A stretch of 64,000 nucleotides of DNA from Octopus vulgaris (lineage: Eukaryota), in NCBI GenBank assembly GCA_951406725.2, contig OX597818.1:139872001-139936000 (forward strand). The letters run 5' to 3'. This document shows, one piece after another, positions 1 to 12,965 of the stretch. Under the pieces are notes generated by a model. The model saw nothing but the letters and a program-made list of their open reading frames with translations, was not told where the DNA came from and made no database searches. Each line of letters begins with the position of its first letter. The stretch's first letter is position 1. A program made the position numbers and the translations under genes.

Positions 1-292
1 AATCTCGTATCAATTATGTAAATTCAACAGATTTAAGTACATTGATCCATGTGCTCTCTGCATATACTAGTTTTAAATTTTGACACAATCTTGTGTGGAC
101 ACTCCCAGACGATGAAGTAGGCTAGCCCAACACGTAGATATAGAGGGAGAAGTCTAGACGTCGGGAGTTGCGTAGATGTCATCGGAACGTGCAATATTAC
201 AGTGGCGACGAGGATGAGATGCTCACACAGCCACTGTGTAGTTTTCCGACATAACACACAAGAACAGCAATTTCGTGGGTTTGTTGGAGTTC

Positions 293-664
293 AATCGATT
301 TCATCGACTGGCACTTATTCTATCGAACCCCAGTGATGAAAGGCAAAGTGGATCGCAGCAGAATTTGAACCCAGCTGGTAAAGATGGACAAAATGTCGCG
401 AAGTATTTTACCTGGAGTGCTAACGATCCTACCAGCTCGCTGCCGTAGTTTGCACGCATTTTGGCTTCAAATTTTGGCACACGTCTAGCAATTTTGGGAG
501 CAGGGCGTAAGTTGATTATATCGGCCTCAATACTCAGCTTTTGTTTATTTCCTTCTACCTCGCGAGTATGAAAGGCAAAGTCGGCACCTGAAATCAGAAC
601 GGCGGTTGAAATGCCGCTAAGCATTTTCCCGGAGCGGTAGGTGATTCTGGCAGCTCACCACCTT
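293..664 (-). mobile_element. Two adjacent old, degenerate SINE copies with the family-A head/core but a different tail
   Basis: Diverged matches to the family-A core (tgaaaggcaaagtcg..., gaatttgaac, gccgctaagcattt, ctggcagctcaccacctt). Confidence 0.6.
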
Positions 665-2025
665 CGTCTGTACATATATTAAGGTGATACGAACAATTAG
701 AGCTTCTTCTCTTTTTTCAATTTCGATTAATTGGATTACCGTCTACTTCCTACACATACAGATCTAGGAATGTAAACATTATTCTACTAACGCTCCATTC
801 CCACCCTCCCAACCATTTACTGCAAGCAAAACAGCACATGCATTTACAAACCCCTGCAATACTACCCATACACACACACACACAGATGTTCATAACCTCT
901 CACACAAACACACAAATATTATGTTTTGGCTAATTTATTTAAGCAACCGCTCATCATATTTACCAACGGTGGAATGCTATTTTGCGCCGAACAGTTTTAA
1001 TTCGCTTGATAAAATTTTGCAATTATATCGAACGGTATAGTGAACATCAAAAGCCGTTCTGTTAAATTCAGAGAACAATTGCACTGTTGTTCTTTCAATG
1101 AAAATAAATAAAATATTTTCAAGTGTTGTTATTTGAATAAAAACCAAAAAATGTATGGAATAACAACAACAACAACAACAACAAAAATCGTGTTTAAGAA
1201 CCGTTGCTTTGAAGAGCTAATATTCTACACTCGTTTGATGAAGTATCTCAGGATCACTTCAGATGTTTCCAATTCTATTATTAAAACACTACGATTTACA
1301 ACAAATCATAAGCATTACTGGCAGATTTTATTTTTCTGATTTAACATCCAAGTGAAAATACATTTAAACCTACTTAAAATTTAGAAAAACCTCTTGATGA
1401 GAATATCTGTGGAATGTCAGTAAAATGTGTAAGATTTCCGAACTGAATTTACAGATTGCTCTCATAATAAATTATTAATCCTTCGTAAAACTTTCTTCTA
1501 TTTCCGAGTTACTATATCTTTAATAAGTAACGGCAATAGTCATGGAAGCTTAGAGTCTTTAATTAGATGCTCGTTATGCAAGAGTCTGATTAATTAGTAA
1601 TGTTTCACTGCTCTTCTCAAGCACACATGCTCGTGATATGGTAAATGAGTAATTATGAATCTTGCAATGATGTAAAAACGGTAAGAATATAATAAACACA
1701 AATCACGAAAAAAACCCAAAAAGACTAAGAAATAGAACAAAACTAAACAGGATAAACCATCTGATAAGAGTGGCATAGTGAAATGATTGGGTTTGGTATT
1801 TCTAATTAACCATCAAAAAGTATTGGTTAGTTTGTGGTGTAATTTCACTGGAGGAATATCTTTCTACTGGATAGCAAAATAATTTTTTGAATAGAAGTGA
1901 TTCTTGTAGTGACAAATCTTTAATGTAAAATCCGGGGCAACAGGAATCATTTGTAACGTAGAAAATAACTTCACAGTTCGGGCCTGAGACAGTCAGCAAT
2001 TTATAAATAGAGAGCAGTGTGTGTC

Positions 2026-2142
2026 TGAGACAGAGAGAGAAAGAGAGAGAGAGAGTGAGAAGAGTGAGAGAGAGAGAGAGTGAGAGAGAGAGAGAGTGAG
2101 AGAGAGAGAGTGAGAGAGAGAGAGAGAGTGAGAGAGAGAGAG
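2026..2142. repeat. (GA)n microsatellite
   Basis: Direct inspection. Confidence 0.95.
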
Positions 2143-2439
2143 GGGCTTGTGCTATGTTTGTATAATCGGATTACTCGAGTCTACAGCGACGGCTTCAACC
2201 TTAAACCAAAAAATAGGAATTAACATCCTGTATTCAATTTTAGTAACCGTAAAAACAATTGATTCGTAAATTTAGAAATTAAAACTTTTATAAAAAAAAA
2301 GAAGACAACAACACACATTGAAGGTTTCATTATGTGTTCCAGTACGGGGACTCAATGGTTATATATAATTTATTGAGGTCATTGCAAGGATACGTGGAAC
2401 GGACACTTCTAAACTATTATGATAAAATTAGCGTTGCCA

Positions 2440-2808
2440 ATGGATGGAAGCACTCCGTCGGTTACGACGATGAGGGTTCCGGTTGATCCGAATCAACGGA
2501 ACAGCCTGCTCGTGAAATTAACGTGTAAGTGGTTGAGCACTCCACAGACACGTGCACCCTTAACGTAGTTCTCGGGGACATTCAGCGTGACACAGAGAGT
2601 GACAAGGCCGGCCCTTTGAAATACAGGTACAACAGAAACAGGAAGTAAGAGTGAGAGAAAGTTGTGGTGAAAGAGTACAGCAGGGATCACCACCATCCCC
2701 TGCCGGAGTCTCGTGGAGCTTTTAGGTGTTTTCGCTCAATAAACACTCACAACGCCCGGTCTGGGAATCGAAACCGCGATCCTATGACCACTGGGTCATT
2801 GCGCCTCC
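2440..2808 (-). mobile_element. tRNA-derived SINE family B copy with a ~20-bp deletion in the tRNA head
   Basis: Near-identical to copies at 11904, 14753, 30190, 33688 and 37843. On the minus strand it has a B-box-like ggtttcgattccc. Confidence 0.9.
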
Positions 2809-4330
2809 GACGAAGATAACATTGTGAAGTTATATTAAATAGATGAGGGCGCTCGGAAATGTACTGATCCAAAACAAATTGTAAAGGGTTGAATATGGAT
2901 TATGAAAAAAATTGAGGCAGTTGCCAATACAAGCTAACTAGAAATATATATGGGATGAATCCAAGAGGAATTTTATATCTTTACTATAATTATTTTTATA
3001 TGAGCAAAGGCAGAAAACTACCTGAAAAAATAAAGCGGCCGACAAAATATCTAGCGATTTTAACGGTTCCTGATGCTCTCAGTTCAAATCCTAATGATGT
3101 CGCTGGTGTGCTTCATTTCTCCGATGTCCATAAGATGTACAATTCATGCAGTGGTATCGATGTAATATAAAAATGCAATCTCCTGAAATCAGCTAGCTTT
3201 ATGTCTAATACTAGACTTGTGCCTACATTACAAACAGTTATTTCAGCAACCATGAGAGGTGGATAAAATCAGTTTTGAATTTCATTATTAACTTATCATT
3301 GAAGTGTAGACTTCATTGTATTCGCCAAAGTGGTGACGGAATATTCACTGATAGATTTATAATAACGTATCCTAAAAAGCGTGAAGAAATGTAAAATAAT
3401 GTAGGAAATACAAGATGCAATTCCAAAGAAGTTAATTATACAACAAAATTAAAGAATTTACATTATATTAGATAGGAGGTTTATACTATGTAGGACTAAA
3501 TGATCGAACATGTGTTCACAAACATTGGAGTTATGACTGACGTAATTCTTTTTATCTGGTTGCAATATCTGGAATGTGAAACGATTTCGTAGGTACTCTT
3601 TCGTTGGCTCATAAACGCTAGTTGTTTAAATGAAGAAAGAATTAATTTGTTTTAAATATGTGAAACCATGAATACAAAATAGCTATTTGAATACAAAATA
3701 CAGAAATTCAGACGTAAAAAGATAAACACGCATACACATTCGCACATTTTAAGCCTGGCTTTTGAATCGACTTGGTTATATCAGTATGATACAGAGAAGC
3801 TTTAAATAAGATGATAGCTACGTTACATACCGGTTTTCCCCTTCATATACAATTAACTGTATTCTCCTGCAATGTTCCAGGCGAATACAATTATAAATAC
3901 GTACGAAGCGTCGGTAGAGTTTAAAGTTGAAGATATTTAGTGTGTCGTATAATTGAAAGCGTGTTTCGTTAGCTTAGATTCCTAATGAAAACCCACAATT
4001 CCATGTAGACCTGAACAATTAGCAACAGAGAAACACTTTTGATACATCATCCCATTCTTCGAATTTCCTTCTCCCCTTGCAGAAGCGCAGAATACTAACG
4101 TTTGTGTGTGCTGGAAGACATTTCGTCCTGTGTAAATGATTGATATGTCTGCGCAGGCTAGTGGATATAATTAGCAAATTGCTGAAATGTGTGCACATAA
4201 ATACATACATGCATACATGAATACATACCTACATACATACATACTGCATACATACGCACATATATGTATGTATATGTAGACTCATGTATCTCTATATGTA
4301 TACAAATGAAGTGTGAATGATATGCACACA

Positions 4331-4365
<35 letters not shown>

Positions 4366-4989
4366 ACATGTATACACATGTACAAGCGTATATATGTTTG
4401 TAAATGCTTGTGTGGATATGTGAGTATAGGTATCTGTATATGCGTATGTCTATATGTAAACGTATTGGAGCAATAGAAGTGATAGCGATGTAGTATGACA
4501 TTTAAATACAATTAGCCATTAGTTGTTGAGACAGCATTAGAAGATCCTGTCGCATAGCAAAACTAGATTCAACTATCTAGTTATAACTAAGAACAGTAAT
4601 TCTAACGATGACCATCACTCACAAATGAACTCCTGCTGAACACTTAAACAACCTTACAAAACACACAGTGCATATTACTACATTGTGTTCTTTCGTGATA
4701 ATGATGTTATTTGGAAGTCAAAAGTAAGTGAATATTGATGCCAAATTTGAATTCAGAACCTCATATTAGTTATAGAGCAAGTGGGACCAGAAGGAAATGA
4801 GCTGTGATCTGGTTAGCACGGCTGACTCACCATCATCTGGATGTTATATGATGCAGTTCAGAGTCAAAACCGAATGGAAATTGGACACTTCTCTATTGAC
4901 ATCATTACTTCCAGGTCAATGGAAAGAAAACACCTTCTTTTCGATGTAATTAATTTAATTGTAGAGATATAACGATGTGTGTTAAATAC

Positions 4990-5280
4990 CAGTTGATTTC
5001 AACTTTCATTTCACTAGTTAGTTGTAAACGCAGCGAACGCGTGCAGAGTTTACACGCTGTTTGAACAAAATCGTTGGCTACCTTTGATGGAGTTTACGCT
5101 GTTGTAAGCAAGCGGTCCAAATTTTCATCCAGAATATAGACTATGAGTCGAGTGTCATGACCAACTTCATAGAAATGACAAACAATTCTGAGCGTCTCCT
5201 TTATTTATCTGATTCTATCTCAAACACCAATTCATTGATTGGTAGTTGAAGAGCTCATGTTTTCCTTTACTGATCGCTGA
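4990..5280 (-). mobile_element. Possible highly degenerate Tc1/mariner transposase remnant
   Basis: Weak resemblance of a minus-strand translation to the mariner second-HTH/linker region. Many stops. Confidence 0.25.
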
Positions 5281-5324
5281 GAATCTATTGAGAAATGCCA
5301 ATGCTCCCCAATAAATAAATAATG

Positions 5325-5530
5325 ATTTCAAATTTTGACACAAGGCCAGCAGTTTCAGACGATAGGTAAGTCAAATTACAACGACCCCAGTGTTCAAATA
5401 CTACTTACTTTATCGATCCCGAAACGATGAAAGTCAATGGCGACCACGGACAAATTTGAACTCAGAACAGACGAAACGTCACTAAATATTTTGTCCTGCA
5501 ATAAAATGATACTGCCATCTCATCGCCTTA
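5325..5530 (-). mobile_element. Old SINE with family-A core and alternative tail
   Basis: ttcaaattttgacacaaggccagc ... cgaccccagtg ... gatgaaagtcaa ... tttgaactcagaac. Confidence 0.65.
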
Positions 5531-6215
5531 GCAGTACTGAATATTGGAAACCCGAATAATTTAGAAAGCTGAAATTTTCTGAGATTGATATCTTCTTACG
5601 TGCTAACATTACAAAAGAAACAGAATATATAACTAGATGTTATGAAATTTGAATATTATATATTGATATTATTAAACTAAAGACATTTACTGAGTGACAA
5701 GATACGTAGACCTTTTCACATATGCATAAACTGACTGAAAGACCGAAGTATTAACGTGTATCCTTGGTATCGTATATATGCATAAGAATGTGAAATGACA
5801 AGACATATTTGTTATAAGTGGGCCGTATTTCAGAAGCATATGTCTTTGCGATAGAAATGTATCAAATATTTCTAGACTGCCAGTAGCTAAACTGTTTCCC
5901 AAACTTCTTAAATGTAAGTAGTAATAATAATGATAATGATGAATAAAATGATGATGATGTTGTTGTTGATGATGAGGATGATAGTCGTTTCTGACTTAAC
6001 AAAAGTATATATATATATATACATAAGAACAGTCCTAGGATTTAGAAATATGTCTAAGACAGGAAGCATAGCACTGCGAGGCATTTGCACACTTGTTGCG
6101 TAAGGTATTTCAGTACGTTAAAATTGACGAAGCCAAACAAAACACTGCACGTACTCAAGGCAAGCAAAACTGCGTTCGGTGATGCAGTGAAAGACAGAAT
6201 TAAACATAAAAACAA

Positions 6216-6217
<2 letters not shown>

Positions 6218-6296
<79 letters not shown>
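6218..6296. repeat. (TGA)n(TGG)n microsatellite
   Basis: Direct inspection. Confidence 0.95.
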
Positions 6297-6938
6297 GCAC
6301 TGGAAACTTTGTTGTTAGATAAAGATTGATATAAAATTTTACGTTTGAATTATCGTTAATGCATAGCAAATGTATAGTGATATTCACTACTAGATACGCT
6401 TTATTATTTTTCACATTCTCAGATACAGTGAATTGTTTTCTTAAAGCTGACACTAATTCTTTAAATGCTGAAATAAACATCATTTACCGTTTAGTTTCTC
6501 TTTTTTATTATCCCTGGAAGTTTCTTCTTTTAAGATACCGAGAAGGGAAGGGCCAGTGTGTGATAGCATTTGCTGATTAACCTAGACTAATGAGATTTTT
6601 TTGTAGTTGTACTTCAGTTTTAAGTTTTGTTGGTCAATGTTCGTAGAATATTATAATTGTCTGGCAGATGGTATCAAATGGTTGCAGCTCCGGGAATGAT
6701 GACTTGGAGAACATTTTTAGTGAGGTCATGATAGATAGGTGGGGTGTTCACTGGAGCTGAGGCTGTTTTAACAGCTTATAACAAAGTCGTAGAGAATAAA
6801 CAGCGGTGTCTATGAAATTAATTGTTGATTGATTGCTGAAGTGTATCGTTCACTTAGTCTCTGTTGAGAAGACTAATGACGACCTTTATATGCGATCTCA
6901 AATTTTGAGTGTGTAGTCAGCTGATATGGATCTCAGAA

Positions 6939-7171
6939 AAGGCGGCGAACTGGCAGAAACGTTACCACGCCGGGCGAAATGCGTAGCCGTATTTCGTCTG
7001 TCTTATGTTCTGAGTTCAAATTCCGCCGAGGTCGACTTTGCCTTTCATCCTTTTGGGGTCGATAAATTAAGTACCGGTTACGCACTGGGGTTGATATAAC
7101 CGACTTAATCCGTTTGTCTGTCCTTGTTTGTCCCCTCTGTGTTTAGCCCCTTGTGGGTAGTAAAGAAATAT
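6939..7171 (+). mobile_element. SINE family A (tRNA-like head, Tx1-like 3' tail), full length
   Basis: A-box-like tggcagaaacgt, B-box gagttcaaattcc, tail ctgtgtttagccccttgtgggtagtaaagaaa. 11-bp TSD atatggatctc (6924-6934 / 7172-7182). Confidence 0.92.
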
Positions 7172-7230
7172 ATATGGATCTCCTTTGTGCTTTTCAACTA
7201 GAATTTCTTGGCTCGAAATAAGAATTCGTT

Positions 7231-7447
7231 TACTCTTTTATTCTTTTACTTGTTTTAATCATTTGACTATGGCCATGCTGGAGCACCACCTTAAAGGGTT
7301 TTAGTTGAACATACCGACTCCAAGACTTGTTCTTTGTAAGCCTAGTACTTATTCTATCGGTTATCCTTTGCCGAAGCGCTAGAATACGGGGACGTAAACA
7401 CACCAACATCGGTTGTCAAGCGATGGTGGGAGGACAAACACACACAA

Positions 7448-7500
<53 letters not shown>

Positions 7501-7600
7501 CACAGATATAATTATTCGACGGACTTCTTTCATTTTCTGTCTACCAGATCCATTCACAAGGCTTTCGTCGGCCCGAGGCTGTCGGGGAAGACACTAGTCA
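7231..7600 (-). mobile_element. SINE family C copy (5'-truncated, internal (CA)n)
   Basis: Reverse complement matches the full copies at 45632 and 60521 (gctccagcatggcc..., gatagaataagtact, cttgtgaatggat). Confidence 0.85.
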
Positions 7601-8087
7601 CGCCTAGCACAGTTTTTTTCTCAAAGCAGGTTTAGCAATGGCATGTGTGGAGCCGTGATGAGGCAGTAGTTTCGATGGTTTTGGTCATGTGTCATTCATG
7701 TCGTGACAGCACGGAAGACAACGAATGTTCAGTGATTGTTTCTTTGCTCTGTTTGTAAAAAAAAAAGACTTGGCTGTCACGCACCCATTGAAAAATATCG
7801 TTTAGAACTAACTGTGTATTAGGCATAAGGTGTTTTGGATGAGTGAGGATCAAATCAGTGTGTTGAAAGTTACGCTAAGCATTTTGCCCGGTGTGCTAAC
7901 GATTTTGCCAGCTTATCACTCTAACGAATGATAAATATTGATTTATGAAATTATTATATCTTGTGGTGTTCGTGGGTGGTACATTAATAAAATAACTGTT
8001 AACGAAGGCAGGATCTAGATCCGGTCTGTCATATTCAGTCTAAAAAATAGATTGTTGCATAGTTACAGGCAATTACTACAAATTGCA

Positions 8088-8300
8088 GTGATTTGGCAGA
8101 ATCATTAGAGCATCGCAGAAAATGATTAGCTGCATTTCGTTCGACTTTTTACCCTTTACGTTCAAATTCCCCTGAGGTCGAAGTTGATATTTATCCTTTT
8201 GGGTCGAGAAAATAAAGAACCTGCCGGGTATCGGATTCAATGAGTTAACTTGCCCACCGCTCCACTAAAATTTTTGAACTTGTGAAAAAATTTGAAAGAA
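8088..8300 (+). mobile_element. Old degenerate SINE with family-A core
   Basis: ttggcagaatcattagagc ... gttcaaattccc ... tatccttttggggtcga. Confidence 0.55.
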
Positions 8301-8508
8301 TTATCATAAACTATCAATATATCACGTCCACAAATATTTGATCTAGTTTTCATGTCCGAATCGGTAATTTTTACAATTTCAAGGCCAGTGGATTGGTGGA
8401 AATGGCTTACATTATTTACTTACACCCTTCACACTGACTGTGACATTCATCCTTCTAGATTCGACCAAATATAACCTAAAACAAGTACGATAATAGATCA
8501 AGCCATCT

Positions 8509-8578
8509 ACGTCTTTTACACTCAAACCTCTTCTGCATCTGGCCACAGATGCAGAAGAGGTTTGAGTTGAAAAGACGT
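8509..8578. repeat. Near-perfect inverted repeat (hairpin)
   Basis: Perfect 22-bp stem 8520-8541 / 8546-8567 with loop gcca. Extends by acgtctttt/aaaagacgt after a 2-nt mismatch. Confidence 0.95.
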
Positions 8579-8654
8579 TAGGAGAAATTATTAACGGAAG
8601 GACTCTAAATTTCGTATATGTCTCAATTATATGGTTGCATGAAACAGGAAAAAC

Positions 8655-8661
8655 TACTAGA

Positions 8662-8728
<67 letters not shown>

Positions 8729-8776
8729 ATAATAATAATAATAATAATAATAATTATTATGATAATTATAATTATC
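8655..8776. repeat. (CTA)n(ATA)n microsatellite
   Basis: Direct inspection. Confidence 0.95.
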
Positions 8777-8839
8777 AAATGGCGGTGCCCCAGCATGGCC
8801 ACAGCTCATAAGCTGAAACTAGAATCAATCTTAATAATG

Positions 8840-9297
8840 CGTTCTATTGTAGGTACAAGATCAGAAACCTTAGGGGTGGGGTGTTGTCATTTAAATCGAT
8901 CCCAGTGCTCACTGGTACTTGTATTAACTCCAGCAATTATGAAAAGTTGAGTCGACCTCAGTGATATATGAACTCAGAAGGTGGCGAGCTGGCAGAAACG
9001 TTATCACGCCGGGCGAAATGCTTAGCGGTATTTCGTCTGCCGTTGCGTTCTGAGTTCAAATTCCGCCGAGGTCGACTTTGCCTTTCATCCTTTCGGGGTC
9101 GATAAATTAAGTACCAGTCACGCACTGGGGTCGATGTAATCGACTTAATACCTATGTCAGTCCTTGTTTGTCCCCTCTATGTTTAGCCCCTTGTGGGTAA
9201 TAAAGAAATAGATATATGAACTCAGAATGTGAAGACGGACGAAACACTGCCAAACATTTCGCCCGGCGTGCTGACGATTCTGCCAGCTCACCGCCTT
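8840..9297 (-). mobile_element. Older family-A-related SINE interrupted by a younger family-A copy
   Basis: Core continues across the insertion: gtcgacctcagtgatatatgaactcagaa|...|gatatatgaactcagaatgtgaagacggacgaa...ctgccagctcaccgcctt. Confidence 0.8.
8980..9210 (+). mobile_element. SINE family A, full length, nested
   Basis: 17-bp TSD gatatatgaactcagaa (8963-8979 / 9211-9227). Tail tgtttagccccttgtgggtaataaagaaa. Confidence 0.93.
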
Positions 9298-9869
9298 AAT
9301 AATAATAATGATAGTAATAACAACAACAACAACAGAACGAAAATGAAAAAGAAAATAAGAAATACAAGTTAGCAAATGATGTTAATTCTAAAAAGAAATA
9401 TTCTGTTTTCACGAAGAGGGAGCATCTGATCAATAAACAAATAATAAACTTTTAGTCAAAACAGTAAACTGTTTCGAATGAGTAACTTCTAGATAGCTAA
9501 ACATACAAAGCGTTAAGCGAAAGAATAACGACGTATGAATAATATGTTAGCGTCATTTGGGACAAATATTCACTCTTCAATCACCATCAAAATACATGTA
9601 TTGAACGGGAATAATGCAAAATATCTCCAAAAATACTATTTTTCTTTATTTTTGGATATATTTTTTTTTTTTTTTTTGCAAATCTCACAACGATGTTTTT
9701 TGTTTCGTTATGAACGAAAATCTGTTCTTAGCAAACAAACTCAGTTGCTTTATATCCTGACTAATGGAAAAATTTTATGTCAGGAAATGCAATGGATGGC
9801 AAAACATTGGTAGGAAGCAACACAAAAACCTTGTGTTCTGGTTAGAAATGCTCCTTCACATCCCGCTGA

Positions 9870-10613
9870 TTCTTCTTCTTCTTCTTCTTCTTCTTCTTCT
9901 TCTTCTTCTTCTTCTTCTTCTTCTTCTTCTTCTTCTCCTCCTCCTTCTCCTCCTCCTCCTCCTTCTTCATAGTCCTCCTCCTTCTCCTCCTTATTCTTCT
10001 CTTCTTCCTCCCTCCTCTTCCTTCTTCCTATTCTTCTTCTTCTTCTTCTCCTCCTTCTCTTCCACCTCCTTCTTCATAGTCCTCCTCCTTCTCCTCCTTA
10101 TTCTTCTCCTCTTTCTCCCTCCTCCTCCTTCTTCTTATTCTTCTTCTTCTTCCTATTCTCCTTCTTCATAGTCCTCCTCCTTCTCCTCCTTATTCTTCTC
10201 CTCTTCCTCCCTCCTCTTCCTTCTTCCTCTTCTTCTTCTTCTTCTCCTCCTTCTCTTCCACCTCCTTCTTCATAGTCCTCTTCCTTCTCCTCCTTCTTCT
10301 TCTCCTCTTTCTCCCTCCTCCTCCTTCTTCTTATTCTTCTTCTTCCTATTCTTCTTCTTCTACTTCTTCTTCTTCTTCTTCTTCTCCTCCTCCTTCTCCT
10401 CCTCCTCCTCCTTCTTCATAGTCCTCCTCCTTCTCCTCCTTATTCTTCTCCTCTTCCTCCCTCCTCTTCCTTCTTCCTATTCTTCTTCTTCTTCTTCTCC
10501 TCCTTCTCTTCCACCTCCTTCTTCATAGTCCTCCTCCTTCTCCTCCTTATTCTTCTCCTCTTTCTCCCTCCTGCTCCTTCTTATTCTTCTTCTTCTTCCT
10601 CTTCTTCTTCTTC

Positions 10614-10645
<32 letters not shown>

Positions 10646-10876
10646 CTCCTCCTCCTTCTCCTCCTCCTCCTCCTTCTTCATAGTCCTCCTCCTTCTCCTC
10701 CTTATTCTTCTCCTCCTTCCTCCCTCCTCTTCCTTCTTCCTATTCTTCTTCTTCTTCTTCTCCTCCTTCTCTTCCACCTCCTTCTTCATAGTCCTCCTCC
10801 TTCTCCTCCTTATTTTTCTCCTCTTTCTCCCTCCTGCTCCTTCTTATTCTTCTTCTTCTTCCTATTCTTCTTCTTC

Positions 10877-10908
<32 letters not shown>

Positions 10909-11277
10909 CTCTCCTCCTTCTCCTCCTCCTCCTCCTTCTTCATAGTCCTCCTCCTTCTCCTCCTTATTCTTCTCCTCTTCCTCCCTCCTCTTCCTTCTTC
11001 CTATTCTTCTTCTTCTTCTTCTCCTCCTTCTCTTCCACCTCCTTCTTCATAGTCCTCCTCCTTCTCCTCCTCCTTCTTCTCCTCTTTCTCCCTCCTCCTC
11101 CTTCTTCTTCTTCTTCTTCTTCCTATTCTTCTTCTTCTTCTTCTTCTTCTTCTCCTCCTCCTTCTCCTCCTCCTCCTCCTTCTTCATAGTCCTCCTCCTT
11201 CTCCTCTTTATTCTTCTCCTCTTTCTCCCTCCTCCTCCTCCTTCTTCTTCTTCTTCTTCTTCTTCTTCTTCTTCTTC

Positions 11278-11309
<32 letters not shown>

Positions 11310-11330
11310 CTTCTTCTTCTTCTTCTTCAT
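9870..11330. repeat. Polypyrimidine (TTC/TCC) compound satellite with higher-order periodicity
   Basis: The marker catagtc recurs with spacings that alternate near 108 and near 150 bp. Confidence 0.9.
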
Positions 11331-11903
11331 TCCTTATTTTTTATTTACTATTCAAGCATTCAAAATCACTGATCAACACTCATGCCGTTGGCAGAAAGTT
11401 GGTGGGTAGGTGAAGCAGATATTATTACATGGCACATACAAGGTGCTATACTTGTGACGATGATTCTGATGATGGTATAAGTAAAAGGAGAGAGTAAAAT
11501 GCAAAAAGCATTTGATGCATTATTTGTTATGAATATTTAATAATAAGGACAATCGTTGCAATGCCTCATTCACTAACTGAAGCGATCGAGTTACATGACG
11601 GCCCAAACGCATGATCTTTAGTGAGACATCACTTTATGCATGAATTCACCTGATGTGATCCAGACTGCAAGATTCATGCTACACAATATGACGCACAGCA
11701 TCTCATCCATAAAAGACAATCGCAGGATGACTCGAAACGATCGTCGTACAAAATAAAGAGTTATACCAATTCCATCTTCTGTCTACTTAATCAATTATTA
11801 ACTAACTAACCCTGCGGAATTCCTGAAGTAGATCCAACGGAAATAAACCCCAATTGCGGATGACACCAGGTAGCCCAAACTGTGCCGGTGCTTTACTCAA
11901 TAT

Positions 11904-12288
11904 TTGGAGCACTCCGTCGGTTACGACGATGAGGGTCCCAGCTGATACGATCAACGGAACAGCTTGCTCATGGAATTAATGTGCAAGTGGCTGAGCACTC
12001 CACAGACACGTGTACCCTTAACGTAGTTCTCGAGGAGATTCAGCGTGACACAGAGTGTGACAAGGCTGGCCCTTTGAAATACAGGTACAACAGAAACAGG
12101 AAGAAAGAGTGAGAGAAAGTTGTGGTGAAAGAGTACAGCAGGGTTCACCACCACCCACTGCAGGAGCCTCGTGGAGCTTTAGGTGTTTTCGCTCAATAAA
12201 CACTCACAATGCCCGGTCTGGGAATCGAAACCGCGATCCTACGACCGTGAGTCCGCTGCCCTAACCACTGGGCTATTGTGCCTCCACT
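11904..12288 (-). mobile_element. SINE family B, full length
   Basis: 13-bp TSD ctttactcaatat (11891-11903 / 12289-12301). tRNA-like head. Confidence 0.93.
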
Positions 12289-12406
12289 CTTTACTCAATA
12301 TATCAGCACACTAATTGACATAAACTCATTAGTCCAAAATATTACGTACATAACATGTTCTTTTACTCGTTCCATCATGTGACTGTGGCCATACTGGAGC
12401 AGAATG

Positions 12407-12860
12407 AGGAGGCGCGTGGATTAGTGGTTAAGGTGTTGGATTCATTATCTTAAGATTGTGGACATGATAAGGCGGCGAGCTGGCAGAAACGTTAGCACGC
12501 CGAGCGAAATGCTTATTTCTTCTGCCGTTATATTCTGAGTTCAAATTCCACCGAGGTAGACTTTGCCTTTCATCCTTTCGGGGTCGATAGATTAAGTACC
12601 AGTTACGCACTGGGGTCGATATAATCGACTTAATCCTTTTGTCTCTCCTTGTTTGTTTCCTCTATGTTTAGCCCCTTGTGGGGGCAATAAAGAAATAAGA
12701 TTGTGGTCATGATTCCTGGACCGGGCGTCTTTAACAAAACACTTCATTTCTCTTAGCTTCAGTTCTTTCAGCGACGGACCGGCGTTCCGTCCAGGTGAGG
12801 AATATATACGCCAGAGAAACCGGGAAACCGGCCTTATGAGTTTACATGACTCGAGAACGA
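12407..12860 (+). mobile_element. Older tRNA-derived SINE whose head is split by a family-A insertion
   Basis: gaggaggcgcgtggattagtggttaaggtgttgg ... resumes gattcctggaccgggcg after the nested element. Confidence 0.65.
12469..12695 (+). mobile_element. SINE family A, full length, nested
   Basis: 18-bp TSD taagattgtgg(a/t)catgat (12451-12468 / 12696-12713). Confidence 0.92.
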
Positions 12861-12965
12861 ATTTACTTACATATATATGCATATATACCTTGATAGACAG
12901 CAGACACACACATACATACATACGCACGCACACATGGACTGTATGGTTTATATATATATATATAT

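Noticed and set aside
33-257. 74-aa ORF ending SICREH (THAP-like?)
   Set aside because: Only a short motif resemblance. The other THAP residues are not convincingly placed.
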